DNA of 63,810 nt, counting the filler, from Octopus bimaculoides (lineage: Eukaryota), in NCBI RefSeq assembly GCF_001194135.2. It is 11 parts of 10 records of this genome, joined end to end, with 100 filler letters (N's around TTAATTAATTAA, not from the genome) between each part and the next. Parts side by side here need not be neighbours in the genome. Positions count along the whole stretch, not along the records: positions 1,964 to 19,198 come from NC_068981.1; positions 19,299 to 22,583 come from NC_068985.1; positions 22,684 to 39,145 come from NC_069000.1; 8 more parts are not named here. One strand, given 5' to 3'. Positions 12,812 through 25,860 of this stretch are shown here, in pieces. How positions within the stretch are numbered: the first letter of the stretch is position 1; each line of letters begins with the position of its first letter. The notes beneath the pieces were generated by a model. That model searched no databases. It saw only the letters and a program-made list of their open reading frames with translations, and was not told where the DNA came from. Both the position numbers and the translations under genes were made by a program.

Positions 12812-13145
12812 GCTATTATTATTATTATTGTTCAGGTGTTTTTGTTATGCATTTGACTGAATATTTTTTTATTATACCTAAGGCACCTACTATGATAGGA
12901 ATTGTTTCTGTTTTTAGATTCCACATTCGAGTTACCTCTATTTCCAGGTCTTTGTATTTTCAAAGTTTTTCCATTTCTTTTAGAGAAACGTTGTCATCTG
13001 CTGGTATTGATACACCAATTACAAAGCATTTTTTTCTTCATGATCTTTGACAACTATACCTGGTCTATTTGCCTTAATTTCTCTATCTGTGTGTATTGGC
13101 ATATCCCAGAGTATGGTTGCTTTCTCGTTTTCTGTGATCTTTTCT
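12812..13145 (-). mobile_element. R4/Dong-type non-LTR retrotransposon RLE domain relic
   Basis: The minus strand reads ENEKATILWDMPIHTDREIKANRPGIVVKD..CFVIGVSIP.D.NVSLKEMEKL*KYKDLEIEVTRMWNLKTETIPIIVGALG. The PD..D motif is mutated to PG..G and there is an in-frame stop. Confidence 0.8.
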
Positions 13146-13975
13146 NNNNNNNNNNNNNNNNNNNNNNNNNNNNNNNNNNNNNNNNNNNNNNNNNNNNNNN
13201 NNNNNNNNNNNNNNNNNNNNNNNNNNNNNNNNNNNNNNNNNNNNNNNNNNNNNNNNNNNNNNNNNNNNNNNNNNNNNNNNNNNNNNNNNNNNNNNNNNNN
13301 NNNNNNNNNNNNNNNNNNNNNNNNNNNNNNNNNNNNNNNNNNNNNNNNNNNNNNNNNNNNNNNNNNNNNNNNNNNNNNNNNNNNNNNNNNNNNNNNNNNN
13401 NNNNNNNNNNNNNNNNNNNNNNNNNNNNNNNNNNNNNNNNNNNNNNNNNNNNNNNNNNNNNNNNNNNNNNNNNNNNNNNNNNNNNNNNNNNNNNNNNNNN
13501 NNNNNNNNNNNNNNNNNNNNNNNNNNNNNNNNNNNNNNNNNNNNNNNNNNNNNNNNNNNNNNNNNNNNNNNNNNNNNNNNNNNNNNNNNNNNNNNNNNNN
13601 NNNNNNNNNNNNNNNNNNNNNNNNNNNNNNNNNNNNNNNNNNNNNNNNNNNNNNNNNNNNNNNNNNNNNNNNNNNNNNNNNNNNNNNNNNNNNNNNNNNN
13701 NNNNNNNNNNNNNNNNNNNNNNNNNNNNNNNNNNNNNNNNNNNNNNNNNNNNNNNNNNNNNNNNNNNNNNNNNNNNNNNNNNNNNNNNNNNNNNNNNNNN
13801 NNNNNNNNNNNNNNNNNNNNNNNNNNNNNNNNNNNNNNNNNNNNNNNNNNNNNNNNNNNNNNNNNNNNNNNNNNNNNNNNNNNNNNNNNNNNNNNNNNNN
13901 NNNNNNNNNNNNNNNNNNNNNNNNNNNNNNNNNNNNNNNNNNNNNNNNNNNNNNNNNNNNNNNNNNNNNNNNNNN

Positions 13976-14005
13976 CTTCTTCTTCTTCTTCTTCTTCTTC
14001 TTCTT

Positions 14006-14083
<78 letters not shown>
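13976..14083. repeat. (TTC)n(TTA)n microsatellite
   Basis: Directly visible, flanking a gap. Confidence 0.95.
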
Positions 14084-14086
<3 letters not shown>

Positions 14087-14598
14087 GTTCTTGTTCTTGC
14101 TGCTCTAATTTTTATCATGATTGTCAGTTATATTGTTATAATGTAGACGTCTCTTTATTGCCTGCGCTCTCTACAATACAAAGAATAACGCTATGGTATT
14201 TAGGTTTATACCTATTGTTCGATTTTGCATTTTGTGTTATATGGATAGCACGTGAATATTATATACACAATGCTAACGAGTGCTACATTTTCGATATATT
14301 TTTTTTACACTTATATGTATGACCTGTATGAGTTTTGTATTTTTCAGTAGGTTTTATAACCGTTCCCATGGTAACGTTTATTTATAAGGATTGTATTTGC
14401 TTATAGTCCCACTATACTGATTATCTTCATTTTCGATCTACATATTTCGACAATCTCTGGATTGTATACAGAAATCTATTATCATCTGTTGTCATCGATA
14501 CATTGAACTAGAGTTATTTCTCATGTTAGTGGTGTAAGGTCTAGCTATCGTTGTTGTTGCTGTCGCTGTTGCTGTTGTAGTAGTAGTAGTAGTTGTTG

Positions 14599-14629
<31 letters not shown>

Positions 14630-14892
14630 CATTGCTAAGAAATATATATATATATCTGAATCTGTATGTGATTATTCATTAAATATGTATGAAACTCACA
14701 TCTATATGCTTAATTGCGTCCTCTCAAAGCTGAGTTTTGTTTTAGGAAATATCTTTGCCATTAATAGCCGGCAGAATAGTGGACAGTAGATATAAAAATA
14801 GATATATAAATATAAGATGAGTCACAAAGAATTTTCCATACATGTGCACACAGACATTTAAGACTACATATCTATGTTTGTATGTATGTATG

Positions 14893-14947
<55 letters not shown>

Positions 14948-17014
14948 NNNNNNNNNNNNNNNNNNNNNNNNNNNNNNNNNNNNNNNNNNNNNNNNNNNNN
15001 NNNNNNNNNNNNNNNNNNNNNNNNNNNNNNNNNNNNNNNNNNNNNNNNNNNNNNNNNNNNNNNNNNNNNNNNNNNNNNNNNNNNNNNNNNNNNNNNNNNN
15101 NNNNNNNNNNNNNNNNNNNNNNNNNNNNNNNNNNNNNNNNNNNNNNNNNNNNNNNNNNNNNNNNNNNNNNNNNNNNNNNNNNNNNNNNNNNNNNNNNNNN
15201 NNNNNNNNNNNNNNNNNNNNNNNNNNNNNNNNNNNNNNNNNNNNNNNNNNNNNNNNNNNNNNNNNNNNNNNNNNNNNNNNNNNNNNNNNNNNNNNNNNNN
15301 NNNNNNNNNNNNNNNNNNNNNNNNNNNNNNNNNNNNNNNNNNNNNNNNNNNNNNNNNNNNNNNNNNNNNNNNNNNNNNNNNNNNNNNNNNNNNNNNNNNN
15401 NNNNNNNNNNNNNNNNNNNNNNNNNNNNNNNNNNNNNNNNNNNNNNNNNNNNNNNNNNNNNNNNNNNNNNNNNNNNNNNNNNNNNNNNNNNNNNNNNNNN
15501 NNNNNNNNNNNNNNNNNNNNNNNNNNNNNNNNNNNNNNNNNNNNNNNNNNNNNNNNNNNNNNNNNNNNNNNNNNNNNNNNNNNNNNNNNNNNNNNNNNNN
15601 NNNNNNNNNNNNNNNNNNNNNNNNNNNNNNNNNNNNNNNNNNNNNNNNNNNNNNNNNNNNNNNNNNNNNNNNNNNNNNNNNNNNNNNNNNNNNNNNNNNN
15701 NNNNNNNNNNNNNNNNNNNNNNNNNNNNNNNNNNNNNNNNNNNNNNNNNNNNNNNNNNNNNNNNNNNNNNNNNNNNNNNNNNNNNNNNNNNNNNACACAC
15801 ACACACACATATATAATTGAGTGTTTAACATGTTGTTCCCGTTTCCTTTTATATTTCTTCTGTTTGTAGATTCTAAATCATACAAAGAAAACAACCAGGA
15901 AATAAGCAAATAAATAAATAACAGTAAAATAAATCAAATAAAAGCCACACTGCACCGAATTCTGAGACAAGTTGTCAAAACATTCAAAATAACATCGACA
16001 TACAGAAAAATGATTACATTTGCACTGAGCAGAAAATTACGACAGATTGGGAAATTTATGTAAATTGGATTACTGTCCCACTTCCAACAGACGCTGCTTT
16101 TACATTCCATTGTATTGTAATTTCGCTTTGCCTTATTCCGGCGTACTTTTGTTAATGTTCGACTGTATGCCTTTGTAACTATCGATGGTTGTTATTGCTT
16201 CATATCTGCTGTCTTTGTTGCTGTTGAGTGTTTATTTTATTATTTTTTTTTTTGTGTTTTCGTTGTTGTTCGTTGTTAGTGTTCTTTGTCGTGTGGCAAT
16301 GTTTCCTTTGTCCATTCAATCTGTTTTTGTTTGTTTTTTTTTCTTTTCTTTTATTTTATTTCCTAAATTATAACCATCGCAAAAATAAGCAGAAGCAACA
16401 CCACCACCACCACCTACATCAGCGCCGCTTTCGCCGTCACTGTTACCGTGGCTGTTGCCATATTTGTCAACAAACCAAGCCAAGATTACGACGGCAACCA
16501 CCACCATCAACTTCATTACCATCGTCATCATTAGCATCATTAAAAGTTTCCTGATTCTCATCAACACCATCATCTCCACCACTACCGTCGTTGTCGTTGA
16601 CTACGTCCTTACATCCATCATAATCCCCAACAATCATCATAGTCATTAGCAGCACGCTCACCACCATCTTCATAATCATAGTCATCGTCTCTTGTTTTAC
16701 ATTTTTCTGTCCTGCTATTACTTCACTATTCTTATGAATGTTATAAGATTTGTACATGTTGGCATTCTCGAAATATTTCGCTAAGATTTTGTAATTAAAA
16801 GTTCTTCCTGCTTAGAACTTCATATAAATAGATATAATCTGTATTTTCATGTGAAACTTCGTTTTTCTGTTTTTACATCATATTTTATTTTCATTAACAA
16901 CGTAATGGTAATTGTTCATTGTATCTCATTCTTACTCCCTGGTAATCAATATTTACTGATTTTTACTCAATTTTCGATAAAGTGAAGTTTTAATATTAGC
17001 TGCAAAGTTTGGTA

Positions 17015-17195
17015 CAAAGTCAGGAATTTAGAGGGAGGAAGTAAGTTGAATATATCGACCCCACTACTGATCTGGTACTTATTTTATCGACCTCGCAAAG
17101 ATAAAGTGCAAGATCAACCTCAGAATGTAAAGATGGATAAAATGCCACAAAGCATTTTGTTCGGCGTGTTAACGATTCTGCCAGCTCACCGCCTT
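17015..17195 (-). mobile_element. tRNA-derived SINE (abundant family A)
   Basis: The reverse complement starts AAGGCGGTGAGCTGGCAGAATCGTT (A-box-like head) and has the body ...GGTCGATAAAATAAGTACCAG. It is homologous to the copies at 17326, 40172, 52600 and 57682. Confidence 0.85.
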
Positions 17196-17325
17196 CTAAA
17201 AGTTTACAGCAGGCAGCTATACATATTCGAACATTATACTTCTCAGACACCGGCTGGGCGTTCTGTACCATTAAGCTTAGCGACCCCACTGAAAACTGTA
17301 TTATTAATATTCTCTTCTACTCTAC

Positions 17326-17521
17326 GCATAAGGCCTAAAACTTTTGGGCAGAGGGCCAGTCAGTTACACCGACTTCAGTACGCAACTGGTACCTAATTTA
17401 TCGACCCGGAAAGAATGAAAGCCAAAGTCAAACTCGGCGGAATTTGAACACAGAACGTAAAGACAGACGAAATACTGCTATGCATTTTTCGCTTTTCGAT
17501 CGACGTGCTAACGTTTCTGCC
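17326..17521 (-). mobile_element. tRNA-derived SINE (family A)
   Basis: cagtacgcaactggtacctaatttatcgacccggaaagaatgaaagccaaagtcaaactcggcggaatttgaac matches the other in-window copies, with a B-box GTTCAAATTCC on the minus strand. Confidence 0.85.
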
Positions 17522-17759
17522 GGGACACCACAAAGACGGACACAACAAAACCTTGGGATACATATGAAACACATATCGAATGGACTATGACTATGATAAA
17601 AATGAGGATGGAATGGCTTACTCGGTTCCAAAGCAAGCAGTTTCATTTCTTTTAAATTACATTTCACATTACAGTCATGCCTATTGCATAAGACCATCGA
17701 AAATTACAAGAGACGGCAACTCGTCGTATCTAAACTGAAGTGGTGATACTACAACTCCT

Positions 17760-18960
17760 TTATTCCCAAACAGTTCTACTAATCTCTTTCTCTCTCCAAT
17801 AGCACGCCCTTCTTACCTTCTGAGTTTGCCAATTTCACTCTGATAACATTTTTCATTTTTGTTACCCCCTTTTCGATTTCAATACTTTTTTTTTCTTATC
17901 CTACGAGATTTCGTAAATTTCTCCCTGTAAGTAGATATCTTTCACCACTCACTTCGACACAATTTCCTCTGTCTCAAATTCGCTGTCTCTTTCGTTTCCA
18001 TTCTTCTGTCCTGCTCCTTCTTCCTTATTGTTTGAAACAACGATTCCTGAGTTCGTATTTCACTTGATTTTTCATTTGATTTTCCATTTATCTTCTTTTC
18101 TTTCATGTTATCTTCCTCGTTTTTTTTACTCCTTAGGGCTTTTAGGTGGTGATTCTAAATTATGTTTTTCTTTTTACCTCCGTAGATTGCTCGTCCGTGT
18201 TCTCCTCTGTTACAGCTGTACTTTCTTCTGGAATTTCTGTTTTTATTATTTCCTCGTCGTGTTTCTGGGGACACTTGGCCGTCATGTGTCCCCTTACTCC
18301 ACACTCAAACATATTGGAGGTCTACGCTCCACGACAATCCTTAATCTGGTCTCGTCTGGCAACACCAGCTCTTCCACAATCTTATGGAGGTCTGGTAGGC
18401 TTATATGGACTATTACTTCTATCCAATACCCCGAGCAGTTCACATCCGTAGTCTTCGACATTTCTAAAACTTCTGTATCTTCCTCTGTATGACAGAGGAT
18501 GGCTGCCACAAGCCATGCCATGACAATTTCAGGGGGCCGCACGTTTGCCACAGTAAGTAGGTAGTAGCGCCCAATCCGCTGATTTCAAGGCTACAGTAGA
18601 GTACTTCTTTGCTTCATTTTCGTTTACCAAGCGCACCTCCACCGTGCCGAACTTCCATCCTCTGGTGTAGAATGTAGTCGATTCTTTCACCTCTTTCAAA
18701 CATTTTCTCTACCATTTCTACGGCTGCTATCTCTAGTTTCTTCGACGCTATGTTTAGCGTTCTATAGATGATAGTTCTCTTTTCCGTATTCTCAATAACT
18801 TCCTTCGGAGGCGACAGTCTACGACTGTCTCCATCCTTTCTCAACAAGGTGTTGTATTTTTTGAAGTTCTTGTCTTTGACTTCTATTTCAGGGACCTGCA
18901 GTAGCTCCGCTCACAGACTTTTTCCAGTCACCGCAGCATAACTGCCTGTTTGCATTTATC
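17760..18960 (-). mobile_element. Non-LTR retrotransposon ORF1 (gag-like, RRM-like region plus CCHC knuckle) relic
   Basis: Minus-strand ORFs 18614-18847 and 18294-18551 end in RLRIVVERRPPIC. With one frameshift this continues as C.xCGVRGHMTAKCP, a Cx2Cx4Hx4C knuckle. Confidence 0.6.
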
Positions 18961-19319
18961 TATTCTCCCTAATAAAGTTCTTCACAACTTCGCCCATAAA
19001 TGGGGAAGACAAATAAAAATTCCAACAAATTCAAGTAATAATAATAATAATTCAACAATTCAGAAATATAACAGGTTAACAATAACACGAGTCACATGGA
19101 GCGTACACACTTTCTACTCAAAAACAAAGACAAACGTTTTTTTATTTCTTTACTGCCCACAAGAGGCAACATACACAAGGGACAAACCAGTACAGACANN
19201 NNNNNNNNNNNNNNNNNNNNNNNNNNNNNNNNNNNNNNNNNNTTAATTAATTAANNNNNNNNNNNNNNNNNNNNNNNNNNNNNNNNNNNNNNNNNNNNAC
19301 AGAAATGAAACTGATTGAT

Positions 19320-19425
19320 AACATACATACATACCTACATATATACGTATACGTTCACATTCAGACAGACGCACTTTCTCACATATATACTAATATACTA
19401 ATATAAACATAATTTCGCACATACA

Positions 19426-19459
<34 letters not shown>

Positions 19460-19535
19460 CGTATACGTTCACATTCAGACAGACGCACTTTCTCACATAT
19501 ATACTAATATACTAATATAAACATAATTTCCCACA

Positions 19536-19569
<34 letters not shown>

Positions 19570-19641
19570 CGTATACGTTCACATTCAGACAGACGCACTT
19601 TCGCACATATATACTAATATACTAATATAAACATAATTTCG
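19320..19641. repeat. Minisatellite, 3 units of about 110-114 nt containing a variable (CATA)n
   Basis: tatacgtatacgttcacattcagacagacgcacttt.. recurs at 19342, 19456 and 19566. Confidence 0.9.
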
Positions 19642-22549
19642 TCTAAACATTTCACTATTTTGTGTCAATATTTTGATCGGTTCTGTGTGGGGTATTGGTT
19701 TTTAAATTACAATCATCATACGCAACACATCTCCAAGCTATATATTCACCGTTATATTATCAAAAGAAATATTATTGTAAATATCATACGTTTAGAAGTT
19801 CCTATCTGAATCCGAATATGGTGGTGTAATTTTTACAGCGCTACGAAAGTAGAAAAGGCTTCATAAACTAGACACATATATTGAAAAAGCAAAATAAGAA
19901 TATAAACATCAGTCTAAGTTCATTACGAGCCCGGTGAACTGTCATATCATAAAGTAATGACATTAGTTTCGAGAAATACTTGCATTGCGTGAGAAAGAGA
20001 ATCTTATAAACATATTTTTAATGAACATAACTTTAGCTGTAATTTTGTAATATTGGAAATGTTTACACGACATTTTGATTTAATTGGTTATATTAATTAA
20101 TTTTATCTAAATAGATACAGCATTGTTTTTCTATTTGATAAGTATATGCTATTTCAATCTGACTGGAAACGGTGTGTGAATAGAATTGAATGCCGTACAA
20201 TATACAACCAAATTTAAATAAGATAAAGAAGATATGATGTATACTTGTATAGTTATGTATCGATTTCTGGGAGATCGATGTGCGTAAATTGGTTGTTTTA
20301 AACTGGATGACATTGTATTTTAGACATCAAATATGTGATAATCTCAAAGGCACAATAGACACTTTCAATGTTTAGAGAGGGATTGAAACCGAAATGATAT
20401 TTGAAAACAGCTTGCTAGTGTAAGTTCAGTCAGCCGAAAACTCCGAATGCCAGATGTCAGTAGGTTTGAAGGGTGATCCGGAAAGAATGCGTACCATTTC
20501 GGGGCCTCACTCTCGATAGCTTTACAGCGCAGCAGCCTCCAACTTATTGCTGCTATTTACAATATTCAACATTCCATCATGAAGAGTTGTTGTATGCTAA
20601 CTTTTGTCAAAGTATTCTAAAGCCATTTTTGTTGGGAGTAGATATTGAATCTGTCCTGAATCCCTTCCACTGCATCTAGCAGAATATCCAGAACCTAGCC
20701 ACTGCAGATGAGGAAGATATAATTTAAACCTGATTTGTAGATATACCTGTGGATAGATCTGTACAAGGTGAATTGACTCGGGCCGCTGTAAGATAGATGT
20801 GGCACCTGAACAGAAATTGAACCTACAACATTATCGTCCATGTTCAAACGCAATAGCTTCTAGTCCACTGGATTAGAAAATCATGATGTGGTAAAACATG
20901 TGTCTGGAGACTTCAATAGATCTTCGACATTTCTATCTAAATATTATTTTAACCCAACACACACACGCACGCAGACAGACAGACAAACAGACACACACAC
21001 ACACACACACACAAATAGACGCACACACACACACAAATAGACGCACACACACACACACACAAACACACAGGTCAGGATTATGCACATTTTGCACGCATGA
21101 TTGGAAGATCGTAGTTTCGGTTTCCGTACCGGTAGGGGCGTGGTGGTCTTGAGGGAAACATGTAACGCTACGCTGCTCTTATACTCTGTTCTAAATAAAC
21201 AAACCTGTAACAGACAGGTGTCTCGTTTAGAGACGTTGACTTAGTCTTGTCTTCTGTCACTTTTACACAATAGTGTTCCAAACAAACCAGCAGGGTGGCA
21301 TCGTTTAAAAACTAAGAACATTTTATCTTATAAAAGCTTTAAAGTATAATCGTCGGATGAATGAAATATTTATATTTAGAGAAATTCGCTTTGCTCTACT
21401 ATATCCCAGTCATGTTTTAAGCGTAAATGGTTTTGAATTAAGAAAGTGAGTTAGTTTAAAATTTCAACTCATAAAATCTTATAAAAATTTTAATTTTGAT
21501 ATAACAGTATATTAAACTTTCTACTAAGTGATTCTCCAAAATATGTTTTCATATTTGTTTTTGTACCTAGTATTACTATTTCGTATTCGGGGGCTGACAG
21601 GTATTTAATGTTTCGCTGACACTGTTTCAACACTCAAACAAGGTTATTAACAGATACATTACAGTAAGATAATGAAAAAAAGCCGAAGTCTTACGACGAC
21701 TGAATATCAGCTGCAACTGGTCCTAGTGATTGTGATAATGGGTAAATATTTTTTAAAGTCGTGAATAGCTTCCGAGATGTAATCAATTCAAAGACATCAA
21801 ACTTGAAATAAAGTCCAAATCTTTTCATGGTAACTGAGCTTATCAACGGGACAAAAATCCTTATATTCATGGCAACGGATTATAATAATAAAAGAGGATT
21901 CAATGGAAATACATAATCAGACCACTGTCTGAAATCGATTATTTCTGTTTGTCTCGAACTACGTTGGCCTTCTCCAAAGATCTTTGCCAGCGTAATACAC
22001 CACGCTTCTTATATAACAACAACGACTTTGTCTTCGTTTCATCTATACGATTTTATCTCTAATCAAGATGAAGAAAGGGTATATGTTACAAGCAATGATA
22101 TTTCGTTGGGTTCATGTTCTGATAAAGACAAATGTTTATTGATTCCCACAAAACAATGAAATCTTCCGAGGTTTCGGAAAAAGATCAATAGCAAACTCCA
22201 TCTCTAATTTTTACTTTCATTGTTCCATAGAAGCGTTTGATATTGGCAGGCAATATTTTAAGATCCACTTGTAAACACGAAATGAAGCAAACTACGAATT
22301 TTGTTTGCTGTGTAACGTACAACATACAAACGTACTGATGAGTATACATAAATATCATCTACTGAATTACATCTGTTTCATTTACGTTAAAAACAAGTGA
22401 TACGTGAGAGACGTGGTCTGTAAACCTAAGTAGTCGATGTGACATTCAAGATAAAAGGCGTAATAAAATATCAGCGATTCATGAAATGTAAGTGGCGGAA
22501 TCTATTTAAACAATAGCACACCTACATTGACATACGGGTGTGTGTCTAT

Positions 22550-22583
<34 letters not shown>

Positions 22584-22696
22584 NNNNNNNNNNNNNNNNN
22601 NNNNNNNNNNNNNNNNNNNNNNNNNNNTTAATTAATTAANNNNNNNNNNNNNNNNNNNNNNNNNNNNNNNNNNNNNNNNNNNNTTGTTTTCTTAAC

Positions 22697-23306
22697 GAAA
22701 CACTTTCAAATTTGGGATACTGGTAGAATGTGTCATATAAAACAAATTTTTCTCTTAGCCTTCTTAACAAAAAAATGTACATCGCAAGTTATTTCATGTT
22801 AAAGTTGTCGTATTTCTGTAATTTCAACCAATCACTGACGTCTATTCAGCTGAATACAGTTACTGCTGTTTTTGTAAACAATAATTTTTGCCGGTGAGAA
22901 AAATGTTATTCCCTGTTAATTATTTCCTTATTCCCTAGTAATTATGACATATTTCATCCGGTTTTTTGGTTTGTTTTCTTTTGAAGCAGACAAAATTACA
23001 GAAATTAAATTATACAACGAACAAAATAAACAAAATATGAACAAATAGCAATTAAATTATACAACGAAGAAAATAAGCAACACACGTGTTTACGAACAGT
23101 CTAGCTCATAGGAAATGTCAGAACTAACAGGGATTAATACCATATACACCACCACAGCAGTAACTGCATTCAACTGAATAGACGTCAGTGATTGGTTGAA
23201 GTTATCGAAGTAAGACAATTTTTAACATGAAATAACTTCGAATACAAAATTTTTTATCTGTTCTATAACACAAAATATACAAGTATACGAAGTTTGAAAG
23301 TGTTTC
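22697..23306. mobile_element. Foldback/MITE-like element with long inverted arms of about 150-170 nt
   Basis: 22697-22868 is the imperfect reverse complement of 23155-23306, including the near-perfect block ttcaaccaatcactgacgtctattcag.tgaat.cagttactgctg. A third arm copy lies at 6403-6542. Confidence 0.75.
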
Positions 23307-24759
23307 AGTACCAAACACTCTACATAAAACATAAATGAAAAGTGTTGCCCGTCAAATCAGAAAGATCCAAAACCCAATATGTGGGTGTTTTGACCTGAAA
23401 CTGACATTACTGAAATTAATCATTACTCATCTTGCCCCAATTTAGACATAATTTTTTGAAAATAGAAAATTATCAAATTAGACATCAGCGGGGTAAAAAT
23501 TGACATGGAATCCAACAGAGAAAAGAATATTAATTGTCAAACACTAAGAATTATCCAGATATTTAATTTGCAACGTCAATTACAATCGAATCGATGTTAG
23601 GGAAAAATTTCTTGAAAGAAAAATAACTGACATCAGATTGTGTTTCATAACTCTCTCAACTTCAGAAACAACTACACTGACCAATTTTTTCTCCCAAAGA
23701 CGATGCAACAAAATAAATGATGCAATACTTGCAATGAAATAGTTTCAAAGAGGTAGGGAGGGATTAACAAGAATTCAAAAATTACTTATTCTGCCCCACT
23801 CCCTATAGTAATTTCAAATTTTTGACGAATTAGAACGATACAAAATGACGAAAAATATAGAAAAAAGAAAGAAAACAAAGTTTCGATTTAATGGAAAACA
23901 TTTGAAGATATATGCAATAATTCAAAAGTCGAAAAAAGAATGCTTTCAACTGTTGTGAGATGTAATTTTATAACTAAAGCTAATTTCAAAATTTACATTT
24001 TAGAACATTTCTTATTTGTTCGTTGGCTGCGTCGGAGAAAGAATGAATTTTACAAGTGCCAATGCATATATGTTCATGTGTGTGTGTGTGTGTGTGTGCG
24101 TGTGCGCGCGCCCCCTGCGCCTTTAATTCCAGGGTTATTGCTCAGTCATGCATTCAAAACAAAAAATTGAACTTCTTTCTGTTAAACTACTTTCTATCCA
24201 CACATACATACAAGCACACACATATACAGGCACACAAGCACATACACACACACACAAACACACAAACACAGACAGATACATACATTCATACGTACATACA
24301 TACATACATACATACATACATACAAATATACGTCGATTATATTCTGCTTCTGGTTTTATTGCTTGCCCTGTGGAGACTAACAAATGCTAGGCTGAACCCA
24401 ATGAAAACGAGACAGTCTCGCGTGTATGTCTGTGTGTGCCTATATATATATATATGCCGCTAAGCATTTCATCCAGCGTGATACAATTCTGGCAGCTCGC
24501 CATCTTTATTTTTATACAAATAAAGATGCATTTATTTGTACCATAAGCATAAATATTTAAGTACATCAAGAGTCCATTTATACATTAAATAAATATTTAT
24601 TCACACTTGACAAGTCAATAGTACATACGGATTAACGTATATATATGTTAATCGACCTGTATACCCAAGACGATCTGTGGTGTACACACACACACACACA
24701 GACACACACACACATATGTGAGTGTATGTATGTGTTTATTTATATAGGTATATTTATAG

Positions 24760-24826
<67 letters not shown>

Positions 24827-25189
24827 ATTATATATATGCGCGTGTGTGTATGAATGTACACTGAGGGAGAAAGAGAGAGGGAGGGAGACGGAGAGAGACA
24901 GAGAGACCATAATAATGAAAGCCGCTTCGTAATTCGTTTGGACCACCTAACTTTTACTGTAAGAATGTAATTATTAAGGCCTACACTGTCTGGAAAGTTT
25001 TTATATATTTCAAATTCAATACATTTTCTTGAACATAGCACAGATAATAGCAGCACATAACCTTAAAATACTTAAGTCTANNNNNNNNNNNNNNNNNNNN
25101 NNNNNNNNNNNNNNNNNNNNNNNNNNNNNNNNNNNNNNNNNNNNNNNNNNNNNNNNNNNNNNNNNNNNNNNNNNNNNNNNAAGCATAGT

Positions 25190-25860
25190 TGAAGTCGAAA
25201 TTTGTGTTTCATACACGACAGTAAAAGAGATAAGAGAGAAGGTTACTTACTCGTTTCGAAAGTCTTAGCTTCCTCTTCTTTTGAAGTATCTTGGATGAGG
25301 TTTTTGAAGAGTTTCTTTGATAAATATTTTTGGAACCCCCCAACCGCATTCGGAAAGAGGATTTTGAGTGTGTGGTGCTGCGTTTGTGTGATGTGAACTA
25401 TTTTGATGTGTTTCGGTGGTGTAGTGCGTGGATGATTGTTAAGCTTATAATCATCTTCAGAAATGTTTGTTTGCAATATGATGTAGTCCATTAGTTTTGT
25501 GTTTTTTGTGTAACTTTATGTAGGTGGGTATTTTATTTAGTGATTCCATTTTTTTACCCACCCACTGTTGCTTTTCAGAAACATTAATTTGCAATATGTC
25601 AACTTCCTCCATATCGACACATACGGCTGATGTTATCCATAGTGTGTCTACCGTGGGAGGAATATTTTTTATGATAACCCTTGTTACCCTCTGACCAAGG
25701 TAACTCGGTATCATTGTTAACTCTTCTGTCTTAAGAGTTAGCGTTGAGAATCGTTTCGCTAACTCTTCACTTTGAAAAATAACTTGCACATGGGCAAATT
25801 TATGCCACCAAGTTACATAATCCTTATATTGCCATACAGATCTCAAGCATTTCTCGATCT
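25190..25860 (-). mobile_element. Non-LTR retrotransposon ORF1 relic, related in type to the 18 kb relic
   Basis: ORF 25457-25846 contains VQVIFQSEELAKRFSTLTLKTEELTMIPSYLGQRVTRVIIKNIPP..WITSAVC, with the RV.I.NIPP signature of Tx1/L1-like RRM-type ORF1. Confidence 0.5.

Noticed and set aside
16185-16760. His/Thr/Ile-rich ORFs here and at 50050-50430
   Set aside because: Degenerate (CAT/CAC/CAA)n microsatellites that are open in several frames on both strands.
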